Source of the DNA: Eledone cirrhosa
Taxonomy: Eukaryota
NCBI GenBank assembly: GCA_964016885.1
Contig: OZ024748.1
Location: 7,812,001-7,876,000, forward strand
Direction: 5' to 3'
Length of the DNA: 64,000 nt
Below, piece after piece: positions 1 through 14,220 of this stretch. The translations under genes were made by a program, and so were the position numbers. Within the stretch, counting starts at the first letter, position 1; every line of letters starts with the position of its first letter. The notes beneath the pieces are model-generated. The model saw only the letters and a program-made list of their open reading frames with translations. It was not told the DNA's origin and made no database searches.

Positions 1-270
1 AATAAAACTATATTGATTGCTTTGTAGATATAAATGACATTATATATATATATAGTGTATATATTGTGTATGAATTATGTACTATATATTGTATATAAAT
101 AATATATAGCCTGTAAATGATATATAGTGAATATAGTGATATATATTGTATATATGTATATATATATCATCATCATCATCATCATTTAACATCCATCTTC
201 CACGCTAGCATGGGTTATATATATATATATAGGATTCCTGGCGTTCCGGCATGGGAACTCTAATAGTTAT

Positions 271-597
271 GGAGGCACATGGCTTAGTGGTTAGAGCATT
301 GGCCTTGCAATCGAAAGGTTGTGAGTTCAATTCTCAGACTTGAGCAAGACACTTTATTTTACATTACTCCAGTTTACTCAGCTGTAGAAATGAGATGATA
401 GGGACTGGGGTCCATATCATTCCACTGCAAAGTGGTCATGGAGGTGCCACGGCAAAAAAGCACCCAGCACTCACTGTAAATGAGGTTGGTGTTAGGAAGG
501 GCATCCAGCTGTAGAAATCAAGCCAGAATCAGTTCCCGTCCCACCCTTGCAAGCAGGGAAAAGTGGACGTAAAATGAAATGAAATGAAATGAATGAT
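271..597 (+). mobile_element. tRNA-derived SINE with RTE-LINE-type 3' tail
   Basis: A box TGGCTTAGTGG, B box GAGTTCAATTC; tail CCCACCCTTGCAAGCAGGGAAAAGTGGACGTAAAATGA(AATGA)n. Related head at 54313-54428; related tails at ~167-217(-), 21456-21620(-), 26163-26225(-), 28425-28483(+), 31192-31257(+). Confidence 0.8.
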
Positions 598-620
598 ATA
601 TATCATGTAAGTGGTATATA

Positions 621-658
<38 letters not shown>

Positions 659-691
659 ACCTGAAAGTGATATATATATATATAATATAAT

Positions 692-1094
692 ATAATATAA
701 GATCAAAAGATGGTTAAAGGAGTTCCATGTATTTTATTATGCGCATTTCAAAAACAAACATCATCATGCAATAATATTTGTGTTTTCATCAGATAAAACA
801 GGAGAACATGTTATGAAGGCTAAAAAACACTTGTGGATAGTGCAGTTTTAAATCAACATATCCACAAGTGTTTTTTAGCCTTCATATCATGTTCTCCTGT
901 TTTATCTGATGAAAACACAAATATTATTGCATGATGATGTTTGTTTTTGAAAGGCGCATAATAAAATACATGGAACTCCTTTAACCATCTTTTGATCTTA
1001 TATTATGTATACTCCAGTCCTACAAACTGTAGAGTGCTTCTTATCCGATATCTGCATTGCTTTATTGTACTACAATAAAACTCACCTCCTACAT
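692..1094. mobile_element. Inverted-repeat element with single-copy tail in (TA)n, hammerhead-bearing (Penelope pLTR-like)
   Basis: Arms 692-839 and 859-1006 are near-perfect reverse complements; unique tail 1007-1094; TA-rich repeats on both sides. Confidence 0.75.
732..798 (-). ncRNA. Type-I hammerhead ribozyme motif (mirror copy on + at 900-966 has one helix-III mismatch)
   Basis: Minus strand: TTTTAT-CTGATGA-[AAAC ACAAATATTATT GCAT GATGATGTTTGT TTTT, paired with G-U wobbles]-GAAA-TGCGCA-TA-ATAAAA; AUA cleavage triplet; palindromic helix III. Confidence 0.75.
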
Positions 1095-1097
1095 ATA

Positions 1098-1178
<81 letters not shown>

Positions 1179-1185
1179 ATATATA

Positions 1186-1480
1186 TTAGAAAGTGAGGTT
1201 CTTTTACAAAATGAAAACAACTAGGTATGCTACACGCGTGAAAGTATAAGGAAAAAAGATGAAATCTAAAATGCAACTGGAATCTTTTTTTTTTTATATA
1301 TATTTATTTGGTTCCTTTACCAGTTTCGCAGTTCTTGTAGAATTGAGAAGGAGGAAACCACAAACCCTCCATCTCAATTCTACTTTTGAAAAGCACAAGA
1401 ACTGCGAAACCGGTAAAGAAACCAAATAAATATATTTAAAAAAAAAAGACTCCAGTTGCATTTTCGATTTCATCTTATTT

Positions 1481-1487
<7 letters not shown>
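1186..1487. mobile_element. Inverted-repeat plus tail element, family A (same family as 55187-55550, opposite orientation)
   Basis: Arms ~1245-1345 and ~1370-1487; tail 1186-1244 is the reverse complement of 55488-55550; flanked by (TA)n. Confidence 0.75.
1383..1418 (+). ncRNA. Minimal type-I hammerhead, U3-A8 core variant (family A)
   Basis: CTT-TTGAAAA-GCA(CAAGAAC)TGC-GAAA-CCGG-TA-AAG. Confidence 0.7.
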
Positions 1488-1528
<41 letters not shown>

Positions 1529-1530
<2 letters not shown>

Positions 1531-1753
1531 CGTATCTGAATTTGTTTACCAAGATTCTTTATCTGAAAACGTGTGTTGAAACCGATATTGTTATGCTTTG
1601 GGAGGGTCATGTTGCCAATAAGAAACACACGCACCAGTTGCTTTCACTTCAATTTATTATAAATTTATAAATTTAATTTATAATAAATTGGAGTGAAAGC
1701 AACTGGTGCGTGTGTTTCTTATTGGCAACATAACCCTCCCAAAGCATAACAAT
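1529..1753. repeat. Inverted-repeat element in (TA)n
   Basis: Arms ~1586-1665 and ~1676-1753 (ATTGTTATGCTTTGGGAGGG.../...CCCTCCCAAAGCATAACAAT); only a degenerate CTGAAAA...GAAAC upstream. Confidence 0.7.
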
Positions 1754-2759
1754 ATATATATATATATAGCCTGAAAGTGATATATAGTGTATAAATTGAT
1801 ATATATTGTATATATATATATATATATATATAGCCTGTAAGTGCTATACATAGTGTATATAGTGATATTTAGTGTATGACTCACTTTGTAATTAAAATAA
1901 TATATGTAAGGAAACGCTTCTGTTTTGTCTATACAAATGTGTTGGAGTAATCTGTACTGTCATTAGTTTTGATGTTGTGACAGAGGTTGGGATCATTGGA
2001 GAGTGTGTTGCTAAGAGGCTTAATAAAAGAAGATTAACACAATACGAAGAATGCTTAGTTCAAATGAATGATGGTGTTAAATATTTAATAAAGACTGTAT
2101 GAATGATTTAATTACAAAATGACAAATTGTATGTTGGCAACAATGAGCTTGATTTATTCAGAGAAAAATTTGTATGAAATAAAAATGAAATTATTCTAAG
2201 ATAGGGCCAGTGAAAGAAAGGATAAGAATTTGTTACCATTTCATTATCACATTTCTAATGAAAAATTCTTTTTATGATTTTCAAATCAAGAATTGAGAGG
2301 GATTAATAATGGTTTCTGATTTAGGCACAAGGCCAACAATTTTTGGAGGAGGAGAAAGTCGATTAAATTGACCTCAGTACATTACTGGTGCTTTATTTTA
2401 TCAACCTCATAAGGATGAAAGGCAAAGCAATGAAAATTTAAAATGTTAAATTACAGGGTTTGTGTTTAATATATTGACCATTTTATTAAACAATTCCTGC
2501 AGGTAGTACACCTTCAAAGTTAATACTGCATCCTGGTGTATTGACAAACCTGAAGTCCCCTGGGACCCCCAAGGTCATAATCAAACCCTGTACACAACAG
2601 TACAAAAATGGTTTGTGTATGAATTCAATATGATTCTCAGGATATTTACATCTCTCTATAATGGTTTGGAAGTTCTACAGACAATGTTTTAGTTGTTTCA
2701 ATATATGCACTTGTTGCCTTATAATTTATCATAATGCTATGACACTTAGTATAAAACAA

Positions 2760-2791
<32 letters not shown>

Positions 2792-3529
2792 ATAACCTAC
2801 AAACAATAACCTACAAACCAGTCTTTTACTGTCTGCAAATGTTTCATCTCTGCCCTTTTTCTCCTTCAGTTCATCAAAAATAGACTTTGCTTTTTCACAA
2901 ATGATACCCTCATTCAATGGAATGTTTGTCTGGTTCACATCTCCGCCCACAATGTTAATAGCTTTTCCATTTGTTCCACTAAGTTACAGCAGGAATAATT
3001 CACTAGCCCTGCCCTGCCCTGCACTGCACTGCACTGCATTTATTCTGGTAGCTTGCTGCATGGACACTTTTATTTTTTTTGCATTCTTCAAGATCGTGAT
3101 GACAGTCACAGACATAAATTCAACAGCTTCTGTTTGACGAACGACTTCTATTTCATCTTCTAAATTTATAATTCAGTATGAATTGTTTTCTTAACTTGAA
3201 CACTTGAATTCCCAAATTCCCTCTTGTCTGACTGGCTATTGTTTTTATTATACAATAATTTCACTTTAAAATAGTTTAAAATAGTAAGATACCATATGAA
3301 CAGTAAACACTTTAAAATAGTAAGGAAATAAACACTGTTTATAATCACTATTAAACCAGAAAGTACAACTTTAAGAGGCTAAATAACAATTTTAATTAGA
3401 AAATAAATAGAGAAGACCTGTTCTACTCAACGTTGTCTCAGTCATTCCACAGAAGCTAAGGGATCTTTCATCACATTTATATTTAATACTGCAATGTTGG
3501 TTAGCAGGTCTTTTGTACTATGATATATC

Positions 3530-4050
3530 ACCAGTCAACTCAGTTCTGTCATCTCTTTCATAAGGTTTACTTTCTTGATTTTATTCTTCATAACTTTGTC
3601 CCATGTCTTCCTTCATCTCCATCTATTTCAAACATTTGGCACTTTTATATACAACACTTGTTCTTTTTACATACCCCATGTCTGTACCAGTGCAATCATC
3701 TCACACTCTACATTCAACTCCTCTTATACTCAGCTTTTTTTTCCAGTTCACTTGTGCTCTGTCATTCAGCCATATAACACTAAGCAACTCATCTACTGAA
3801 GCATGCATGCCTCATTTCCTTTTAGCTGCCACCTACTTTCTGCACTCAAGGCCCATGTCATGCTGCCATCTAGCATAATATTTGAAACACAAGTATCATA
3901 TGATCTGCCCTTCACACTGGTTACAACACTTTCAGTATATCCACCTCCACTGCTAATCAGGTCACTAGAAGTAGTAGATAGCTTTTGCTATCTACTACTT
4001 CTCATAAGCTTTTTGAGCATTCTGAGCCTTACACTGCCCTCCAAATCTGG
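3530..4050 (-). mobile_element. Degenerate RTE-clade LINE fragment (RT C-terminal region)
   Basis: Minus strand gives DLISSGGGYTESVVTSVKGRSYDTCVSNIMLDGSMTWAL, resembling the RTE 'KGRLY...VMLYGSETW' region; LEVVDSFCYL motif adjacent. Confidence 0.65.
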
Positions 4051-4748
4051 TTTTGATGTGCTTATAATATAACTGTCATATTTATAATGTAACTGTCCGA
4101 CATAATATAACTTTTATATAACCGTGACAGAATTTGAACTCAGATCGTAAAGGGACACAACCCTATGCCATAAGCATATTGTCCGATGCTCTACCAACAC
4201 TGCCAATCCACCACCGTTGATATTGTAAATATAACATAAATACAACTTCTGTAATTAACAAAAATGTTTGTGACATTAATATATTCCTCTTCTGTTAATC
4301 CTAACATGTAGCCATGATATTACTTCAACAGGGCTTGCAGCAAGTTCTCTGACAAACAGCAGTGAAGACAACCTCTGTTATATTGTTGTCAGCAACCTAA
4401 TTCTGTTTGTCATTATAGAAGTTGCTTCATTTCTTAGAGTTTAGTGGGCCATGTTTTAGTCAGTCTTTTAATAGCATTGTATCACATGGAACCTAGGCAA
4501 GTCACTTTACCATGTGTGTATGTGTGTATGTGTGTATGTGTCATCATCATCATCATCATCATCACCGTTTTACGTCTATGTGTGTGTATGTGTCTGTGTG
4601 TGCATGTGTGTGTGTATGTGAATGTGCATATGTCTGTGTGTGCATGTAATATATATGTATGGATATATGTATATGGGTGTTTATATATATATATATATGT
4701 ATATGTGTGTGTAAATGTAATATATATGTATGTATGTATGTGGGTGTT

Positions 4749-4780
<32 letters not shown>

Positions 4781-5055
4781 AGTGTATGCATGTGTGTGTG
4801 TGTGTGTGTGTATGCATGTGTGTGCACGTTCATGTGTGTGTGTGTGTCTTAATAGAATTATCTAGACATACAAGTTGTGCATTGAAATCAATCCAGCCTG
4901 AGACAATGTCTAAAACCAGAAATAGGATATCTGTGAAATCTGTGAAAGATTGATGTGTTTCGAATAAAATGTGTAAATAAAGACACGAATGTTCAGCAAA
5001 CTTTAATTATCAGAACTCATCTTAGGCATTTAGACATATAATGTATGTATATGTA

Positions 5056-7132
5056 CCACTATATACATGTGTGTGGTGGTGTGTACATATATATATATAC
5101 ACACACCACTATATACATGTGTGTGGTGGTGTGTACATATATATATATACACACACCACTATATACATGTGTGTGGTGGTGTGTACATATATATATACAC
5201 ACACCACTATATACATGTGTGTGGTGGTGTGTACATATATATACACACACCACTATATACATGTGTGTGGTGGTGTGTACATATATATACACACACCACT
5301 ATATACATGTGTGTGGTGGTGTGTACATATATATACACACACCACTATATACATGTGTGTGGTGGTGTGTACATATATATATATACACACACCACTATAT
5401 ACATGTGTGTGGTGGTGTGTACATATATATATACACACACCACTATATACATGTGTGTGGTGGTGTGTACATATATATACACACACCACTATATACATGT
5501 GTGTGGTGGTGTGTACATATATATACACACACCACTATATACATGTGTGGTAGTGGTGTGTACATACATATATATACACACACCACTATATACATGTGTG
5601 TGGTGGTGTGTACATATATATATATACACACACCACTATATACATGTGTGTGGTGGTGTGTACATATATATACACACACCACTATATACATGTGTGTGGT
5701 GGTGTGTACATATATATATATACACACACCACTATATACATGTGTGTGGTGGTGTGTACATATATATACACACACCACTATATACATGTGTGTGGTGGTG
5801 TGTACATATATATACACACACCACTATATACATGTGTGTGGTGGTGTGTACATATATATACACACACCACTATATACATGTGTGTGGTGGTGTGTACATA
5901 TATATACACACACCACTATATACATGTGTGTGGTGGTGTGTACATATATATACACACACCACTATATACATGTGTGGTAGTGGTGTGTACATATATATAC
6001 ACACACCACTATATACATGTGTGTGGTGGTGTGTACATATATATACACACACCACTATATACATGTGTGGTAGTGGTGTGTACATATATATACACACACC
6101 ACTATATACATGTGTGTGGTGGTGTGTACATATATATACACACACCACTATATACATGTGTGTGGTGGTGTGTACATATATATACACACACCACTATATA
6201 CATGTGTGGTAGTGGTGTGTACATATATATATACACACACCACTATATACATGTGTGTGGTGGTGTGTACATATATATACACACACCACTATATACATGT
6301 GTGTGGTGGTGTGTACATATATATATATACACACACCACTATATACATGTGTGTGGTGGTGTGTACATATATATATATACACACACCACTATATACATGT
6401 GTGTGGTGGTGTGTACATATATATATATACACACACCACTATATACATGTGTGGTGGTGTGTACATATATATATATACACACACCACTATATACATGTGT
6501 GTGGTGGTGTGTACATATATATACACACACCACTATATACATGTGTGTGGTGGTGTGTACATACATATACACACACCACTATATACATGTGTGTGGTGGT
6601 GTGTACATATATATACACACACCACTATATACATGTGTGTGGTGGTGTGTACATATATATATATACACACACCACTATATACATGTGTGGTGGTGTGTAC
6701 ATATATATATATACACACACCACTATATACATGTGTGTGGTGGTGTGTACATATATATACACACACCACTATATACATGTGTGGTAGTGGTGTGTACATA
6801 TATATACACACACCACTATATACATGTGTGTGGTGGTGTGTACATATATATACACACACCACTATATACATGTGTGTGGTGGTGTGTACATATATATACA
6901 CACACCACTATATACATGTGTGGTGGTGTGTACATACATATATATACACACACCACTATATACATGTGTGGTAGTGGTATGTACATATATATATATACAC
7001 ACACCACTATATACATGTGTGTGGTGGTGTGTACATATATATATATACACACACCACTATATACATGTGTGGTAGTGGTGTGTACATATATATACACACA
7101 CCACTATATACATGTGTGGTAGTGGTATGTAC
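5056..7132. repeat. Minisatellite of roughly 40-45 units of 46-50 bp
   Basis: Unit CCACTATATACATGTGTGTGGTGGTGTGTACA(TA)4-6CACACA; it generates all ORFs between 5041 and 7122. Confidence 0.97.
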
Positions 7133-7166
<34 letters not shown>

Positions 7167-7418
7167 AGAGAGAGAGAGAGGTTGCAGTGTTGAGACTGAG
7201 GAGGCCACTAATCATGGGAGTACTCAATACATGGGGAGATGTAGAGTGGGTATAGAGATATGTAAAATCCTGACTGTGGTGACGTGCTGAAACTGCTTGG
7301 TGCCACAGTCAGGATTTTACATCTCCCCCTCTCTCTCTATATATATTTATATATATATATATACCACTGTATACATGTGGTGGTGGTATATATATATAGC
7401 TCTGTACACGTGTGGATG

Positions 7419-7460
<42 letters not shown>

Positions 7461-8498
7461 CTCTGTACACATGTATTGACGTTATATACATGTAAAATTG
7501 TTACACATGTAGGCTGATGATTAATGTAATATGCCATCATATCTCAGGGGTACCATTGACAAATTCCTCTCATATATTGTATCTAGACTGATTTATCTTG
7601 ACAGTGTTCATTCCTCAGTAAGCCCTATAAGTTGAAGAGAGAGACGGGAAGGTGATTCAACCCTGTAAGCTAATAGAAGACTTTGTTACTACTGCCCAGG
7701 AGGAGAGCTCTATACAATTGACTTGTTTGTCTAAACATGATGTTCAGAGATTGCACTGTTTGAGAATTAAATATCTTCATCAAGGACTGAATTTAGTGGC
7801 AGAATATGAACTACCTATCATTTGACTAGTTGTTCAGTTCCCAACACTCTTAGCTGTTAGTCTTCTCAATATATTAGCTTACCTATACCCTACTTTGTAG
7901 GTAGCACCTCAATAAATTTCTGTTGAGCTGATATGGGAAGTATGTTGCTTTTCCACAGCTGCTTGGTAGCGCCATTTCAAATATAGAGATTCTGCTGCAA
8001 CTTGATATGTCTTCTAACAGAATTTATCACAAAGACTGCTATATATTTTTTTTTTTCAGAAGGGATGGCATTTATGTTAGTTTGGGTATGCATTCTATAG
8101 ATTGTTTCATGTTACCACAAAATGTAGCTACTTTGCTCCGTCTTAATATCTGCCAGTTGTCTGAACAATAACTTTACAAGTAGTCTTCATGTAGTTTAAC
8201 CTTTTATCATCTTAATTTTCAGTTATAATTGTAGCTATTCTCAATGCTGAATTCATATTCATTTCTTGGTATTTGTTAGGTACTCAGATAATATCACCAT
8301 CATCATCACCATCATACATGTTCTATCTAGAACTCCTAGCTATAAATGTTGTTTTTCAGCCTACTGATTGAATAGAAGAAAAAAGATTGCATAGATAAAT
8401 ATGGTGTAAAGGTAGTTAGCAGAAGACTGGACTACAGGAATTAGGAGAAATGAAAGTATTTGGCAGCAGACTCAATGGATGTATCTTGTGCTGCCTCT

Positions 8499-8860
8499 TT
8501 AACCCTTTAGCATTTATATTACTCTATATATATACTATTGTATTTTCATGGTAAAGGCTTTATCTCACATAATATCTCACATAACATTTACATTACTTTA
8601 TATATACTATTGTATTTTCATGGTAAAGGCTTTATCTCATATAACATTTACATTACTCTATGTATACTATTGTATTTTTGTGGTATAGGCTTTACCTCAC
8701 AAAATATCTCACATATTATCGAATCTACAAGATTTTAATGTTATTTATTTTGAGAACAATACCTTAAAATAAGTATGAGCAGCCAGTTATGGTCCTTTTG
8801 AACAGAAAGAGGTGAGAAAATTCTGGCCAGATACGGCCAGTTTATGTGCTAAAGGGTTAA
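8499..8860. mobile_element. piggyBac-type MITE with internal tandem duplication
   Basis: TTAA-CCCTTTAGCATTTA ... TGCTAAAGGG-TTAA; internal segment of ~60 bp repeated three times. Confidence 0.8.
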
Positions 8861-9867
8861 CACATAATTCAGATTGGTGTCCAGCTCTTGCTAGCAGGGA
8901 AAGTAGTTGATAAAGGATGATGATGATGTCTAAATGATGAGTTTGAAAAACTTGTTCACTATGTTTATGTAAATATTATAATTCTTGGTTAAGGATGTTG
9001 TGCTGAATTTCTGGTTCAAAGAAGAGTGCAAGAGTGCAAGACATAAAATGACATATTAAGAAGAACCGTATTCCTCATATCTTATATTCTTGGTTGTTTC
9101 AAGAGGAATAGATGTGAGACAACTTTAATTAATCTGCTTTGATGAACATTTACTACTTGGTACATTTAATTGACCAGATTTGGAGATGTATTTAATTGTC
9201 GTATAGATCATTACAGGAAGATAATGGAAGTAATTGTAGGAAAATTAATAATACTAGCAACTATATTTTTTTCAGTATTTATATTGATAATTCAAAGAAT
9301 AAAATCAGGTTTATATTTAATTTCAAAAATAAAAATATTGATTCAATTTATTTTTTTCATGGTTATTAAATTGGCTTTTTCACTAAATTGTTTGAATATG
9401 TTGATAAATCCCCCAAGAATATTTCTTCTATCACTTCTTAATGCTGCTTTAGGTCACCAAATTAAAGTTTCATAAAGATCATATTCTCTGTATATGTTAA
9501 AAAATTTGATGTTTATTTTTATATCTTTTGTGTTTTAAAATTTCTTACATTCTAGGATCAAATAAAATTACAAAATTTAGTATTGAAGAAGTCTGTAGAT
9601 AAATCAAATTGATGTTACAGTGGATAAAAAATAATTTAATGATTGGGTCACTTATATTGTTTATTTACAAATGGACTTTATTTTTTCAAACTAACATTAT
9701 ATTATTTAATAACACCTAGAAGATATTTAACTGATTGTTAATAATTTCAGAAGATTTTATTTAATTAACAAACTTTGTTGATCTATTTGTGATTAATTTT
9801 CTTTTATTATTAAAGAAAACATCTAATTCAAATACAAATTAACTCTGTTTTCTTACTCCATACACAC

Positions 9868-9898
<31 letters not shown>

Positions 9899-10568
9899 TC
9901 ATAACCCCCTTCCTATATCTATAATTATTGTTCCTGAAGTATAGGCCTATTTATACAACTAATAGGCTGCTCAAACCCACCAAATACTACTCTAGTAACT
10001 TGGCTTCCAATTTGTCCATTATTCTATCGTGCATCAAACAGGAATGGGTGCATAAACCACCAACTGGGTGAGCCATGATTGATAATACAAGCAGTATTAA
10101 CTGCAGGTGAGTCCTTGTCCGTGTTTCTGAACTCAATCAACCTACCATCAGCCATATGCCTGCATGTTGTTCTCCTGCCAGCTGTTATCTACTACTGCTG
10201 TTGCTACCACCACCATATTGCCAAAGTCACCTGTTAGCTTCAGCTGTTAGTTGCATGGAAATGCACCTATATATCTCTCTGGGATAAATTATTAAAGCCA
10301 TAATTTTTTTAAAGTTTAAAAGAAAAATAGCATTTTTATGGTGTTGGGAAAAATTCAATTTCCACAAGCTAATATATTTTGCTTATTTTATTAGGTTAAC
10401 ATTCTATCTGGAGATGCTTTTTATTAAATATATTTTAATAAATTTTACAACTCAAAAGAAGTAAATTATGATTTAATGTTTTCAATTATTTAAAAACTAT
10501 TTTAAATGTTATCATTTTAATGTTATCCATATCATACATTCTGCTCTGACTTAAAAAATTCTTTATAC

Positions 10569-10601
<33 letters not shown>

Positions 10602-10745
10602 GAGAGAGATACATATATATATATAGAGAGAGATACATATATATATATAGATATATATCTTATAGTCAGACATATCTAACAAAATGTAAAACTGTAAATA
10701 TAAATAGTTATTTATTACACACATACTTAATACACGCATAATACA

Positions 10746-10779
<34 letters not shown>

Positions 10780-13565
10780 GAATTTTAGATTTAGTCATAT
10801 ATTTTGATAAAATATTTAATAATATGTTGTATTCTCTGAAGAGAAATTACATTTATCTTTTCACACATATCTGAAAATGTGGCAAGTAGTAGTTTTCAGT
10901 GTTAAAATATTTTATAGAACATAGTATATCAATTGTTTCACTATCAACCAAGGGTAATTTAATGAGGATTTAAAAGTATTAATTTCTTACATATTCAAAA
11001 AGTATCAGTATGATAATGGTACATATATAAAAGTTGAGTTTCCCAGGGTTTCTCTAAGTGTGTAATAGAAGTAAAAGAGTTCCAATAAATCATTGAAATT
11101 AGTCTTTGATTTACCATTTAACCCTGTTGTGATCATATTTCTAATGAAATAAACTCTATTTGTATTAGTTAATGAAGAATTTTGAGGGATTTACTAAAAC
11201 AGTTAATTATGTTATAACTACGATATTAAATTAACATATGGTTCTTATATAAAAATATAATGGAAGATTTTAATTTAAATAGGAACTTTTTAAAATGGTT
11301 GGTTTTTATTTAATAGAACTAGAGCTGGTTTTGGGTGGATTGGTCTCAAAAGGGTTTTAGATATTTATTTTTAATTTTGAAAATATTTTTAATATGTACT
11401 AAAAAATATATGTTACATATTAAAAATAAAGTTAATATAAAAACAATCGAAAGAAATTCATATGTAGCCAAATTAAATCTAAACAAGATCAATACATACA
11501 CATTTCTTTTATAATTTTATTTATTTAAGTAAGCAAATATTCCAACACTTGTGGAAATGTTATTTTCTCGAGATATTCCTCTTTTTTTCCTTACCTGTTG
11601 CCTAACTTTCATCGAGATATAATTTCTTTTAATCTCTATATAGATATTCCTTGTTTAATATATCCTAAATTACTAATGAATCTACTTATTAGAAGCAATT
11701 ATATTGGAAACCTTTGTTGTCAAATTAGATACCCCTGCCACTGAAAATTACTTTCAATAAATTTTTAATTATTGACTGAAAGTATTATTTTTTTTAGATT
11801 ATATAATTTGATTCATTTAGCATGACTTCTGAAATAATTTATTAATTTCATTTGTAAATATTTTTTTATGAATATAAGATATTTTACTTTCCAGGGCTTT
11901 TTTTTTATAGCAATGAATTATTTTTTTAAATCATCGAATCATTATCTGAGTTTTCAACTCTGAAAACTTGGCAAACATTTTAAAATCATCATGATTCATG
12001 TCCCCCAAATTTAAATCAATTTCAAATACAAGTTGAACAAAAATATTATAAAAATATTGTTGTGTAAATTTTACCAGAGGATTTTAAAAAATGCTCATCG
12101 ATATTAGAAATAAATATTTGAATCAAATGTTTTTCCCCAAAATGTGATTCAATTATAGATGTTTTTTTTTACGGATTATATATTCTTCTTTAGTTGGCTA
12201 CTTGTCAATATTTTATCAAAGAATTCATTTTTAACCATATTCTTTTATACTTAAACTTTATATTAACATAATTTGAATAAACATTAGAAAATAATATATT
12301 TAGAAAAGTCAAGTTAAAATTTGGTATTTTTGATCTAAATTCCATTTTAATGCTAGTTTAGTGCTTATGTTTACATGGTGCTATTAAGCTAGACATGGCC
12401 TGGTCCAATACTGGCCGAAACCTATTTAAGTTAAAATGATAATTTACCATTTTTGTCTTCCTTATTTTTCGAATTTTCAAAAGTGATTTTCCTAATTAAT
12501 TTTGTATTATCTATCTTTCTTGTGTATTAAAATGCTTCTTACTATTATACTTATTTTCAATAATGAATATAAAGTAAATTAAAACTGTAATTAACATTTA
12601 TTGGTACCTGCTTTATATATCCATGCATCCCACATTATGTGATTAGAATAGAATTTACTAACCTTCAACTTACAGGTTTGTTCAGATATCAATATTTTCA
12701 ATTGCCTTCTAACCCAGTTATTAGCTGGCATGATTTATGAAATCAGTTCATTATGTTATCTTATTATTGATATTTACATGAATTATGAATTAATTAGATT
12801 TTCCTGAAATTTATTTTAATCTTTATTTTACCCCGAATGAGAATTATATTTTAAAATTTATATATTTTAGAATAAGGAACAAATTTTTCTGAAATGTAAT
12901 TTGTTAAAACTTATTTTAATAAGTAGTATATAAATGTTGGATTTATTTTTTTGTTAGAACTAAATCCAACTCTAATATTCCATTTATTTTATAGCCATTG
13001 TCAAACTGTTTGATGTTAATAATAGTGAGATATACTTTAGTTAAATTATAAACCCAGATGATATAAAATCACCATGGACTGCAATAACAAAGTGACTAAG
13101 TTATTTGCCTTTTAGTTGTAAGGTTTATTGCTGATGAAGGTCCCATATGAAGGTCCAATATGATACAAATAAATTATTAGATGAACTTTGTCCAGTTATC
13201 TATAAATGAGACGATATAGAGAGAAATGATTAGACTTTGTCTACTTCCTTACCAGCTGAGATGAGATAGAGAGAAATTGTTACAATTATTTTGTCTACTT
13301 GTTTGACAGTAGAAACAATATGAATAGAAAGAACCAAACTTCATATCCCTCAAAATCTGGTTGAGTGCTCTAACTACTGAAAGATACAAAGTTCTATTCT
13401 CTGTGGAGGCTGCTAGCCACTTTATTTCCACCATAGGGGTATTTTACCCAATTTTCTAAGCTATTATTTATAACAATCAACTATGGTTACAGTTATTTTC
13501 TGCATCTGGGATTTCTACATGTTTTATGAATTTCAAAACTACCCAATGCTTTGATGGTTTATATG

Positions 13566-13643
13566 CAGGGTGTCCCCCCAAAATGTATATACATATTTAT
13601 TAGAATGCTGTTGAAGTGTGAATACATTTTCTGGAACACCCTA
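13566..13643. mobile_element. Tiny Tc1/mariner-type MITE
   Basis: CAGGGTGTCCCCCCAAAATGTAT...ATACATTTTCTGGAACACCCT; homologous to 54128-54212. Confidence 0.65.
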
Positions 13644-14039
13644 CATATGTGTTTTACAGAATGTTTAAAGACAATAGTTTATTGGAGTGTGATATAATTA
13701 TTTGCTATTGATCATTTCACAATCACATGAGTTTCCCTGTAATTGTTTTACACTAATTAACTTTGATAAGCCAACAGCAGGTGTTAATTAAATAAATAAG
13801 CTAACAATAGAAATAAACTAACATATCTGTGATTAGAAACATTAATAGTTGAATTAAGTCCAACTTTGATGGTAGGTTCTCAACCATCTTTACTGAGTTT
13901 TGTAGTGACAGAACAAATAAGCAGAAATAACTTGATTATTTTTCTGTGGTTAGTACCAGAATGCTCAGGCACTGGATAGGATACATGTAACATAACCTGA
14001 TTATAATTCAGTACCTTATGCCAAAAATTACATTATTAA

Positions 14040-14220
14040 CCATCTTTCCAACAACAACCCTGAGCACCTTTTTGAATTCCATCTGTCTAACACCCGTGGA
14101 CATGCTTACAAAATCAGAAAACAGTACAGCTCTCATTTGTACATTCTATGTACTATACATGCACCTTTGATGAGTTGTAGTGCACCTAAGCATTCTACTC
14201 AATAATTTCCATTATATTAA
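14040..14220 (+). mobile_element. CR1/L2-type LINE 3' fragment
   Basis: Encodes NTRGHAYKIRKQ; tail CTTTGATGAGTTGTAGTGCACCT shared with 25061-25330. Confidence 0.6.

Noticed and set aside
271-340. tRNA genes at SINE heads (also 27591, 50597, 51413, 54313)
   Set aside because: A and B boxes are present but there is no acceptor stem, and each continues into SINE body sequence.
1983-2003. GAGGTTGGGATCATTGGAGAG (EVGIIGE) as the missing EVGSIIGK exon
   Set aside because: Lacks the Ser and Lys, acceptor phase is wrong and there is no good donor.
4444-7122. Long ORFs up to 508 aa rich in Y/I/H/T/C/V
   Set aside because: Translations of (TG)n/(TA)n and the minisatellite; open in several frames on both strands.
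5056-7132. CRISPR-like regular array
   Set aside because: No unique spacers, no cas genes, eukaryotic intron; it is a plain tandem repeat. The same applies to 39362-39767.
9215-9246. ttacag followed by MEVIVGK as a PCBP exon
   Set aside because: Does not match GSIIGK and has no compatible donor.
10040-10112. Strong donor CTGCAG|GTGAGT as a PCBP exon
   Set aside because: No PCBP-like translation and no convincing acceptor; cannot be supported.
13131-13170. CTGATGAAGG hammerhead start
   Set aside because: No helix II closure and no GAAA.
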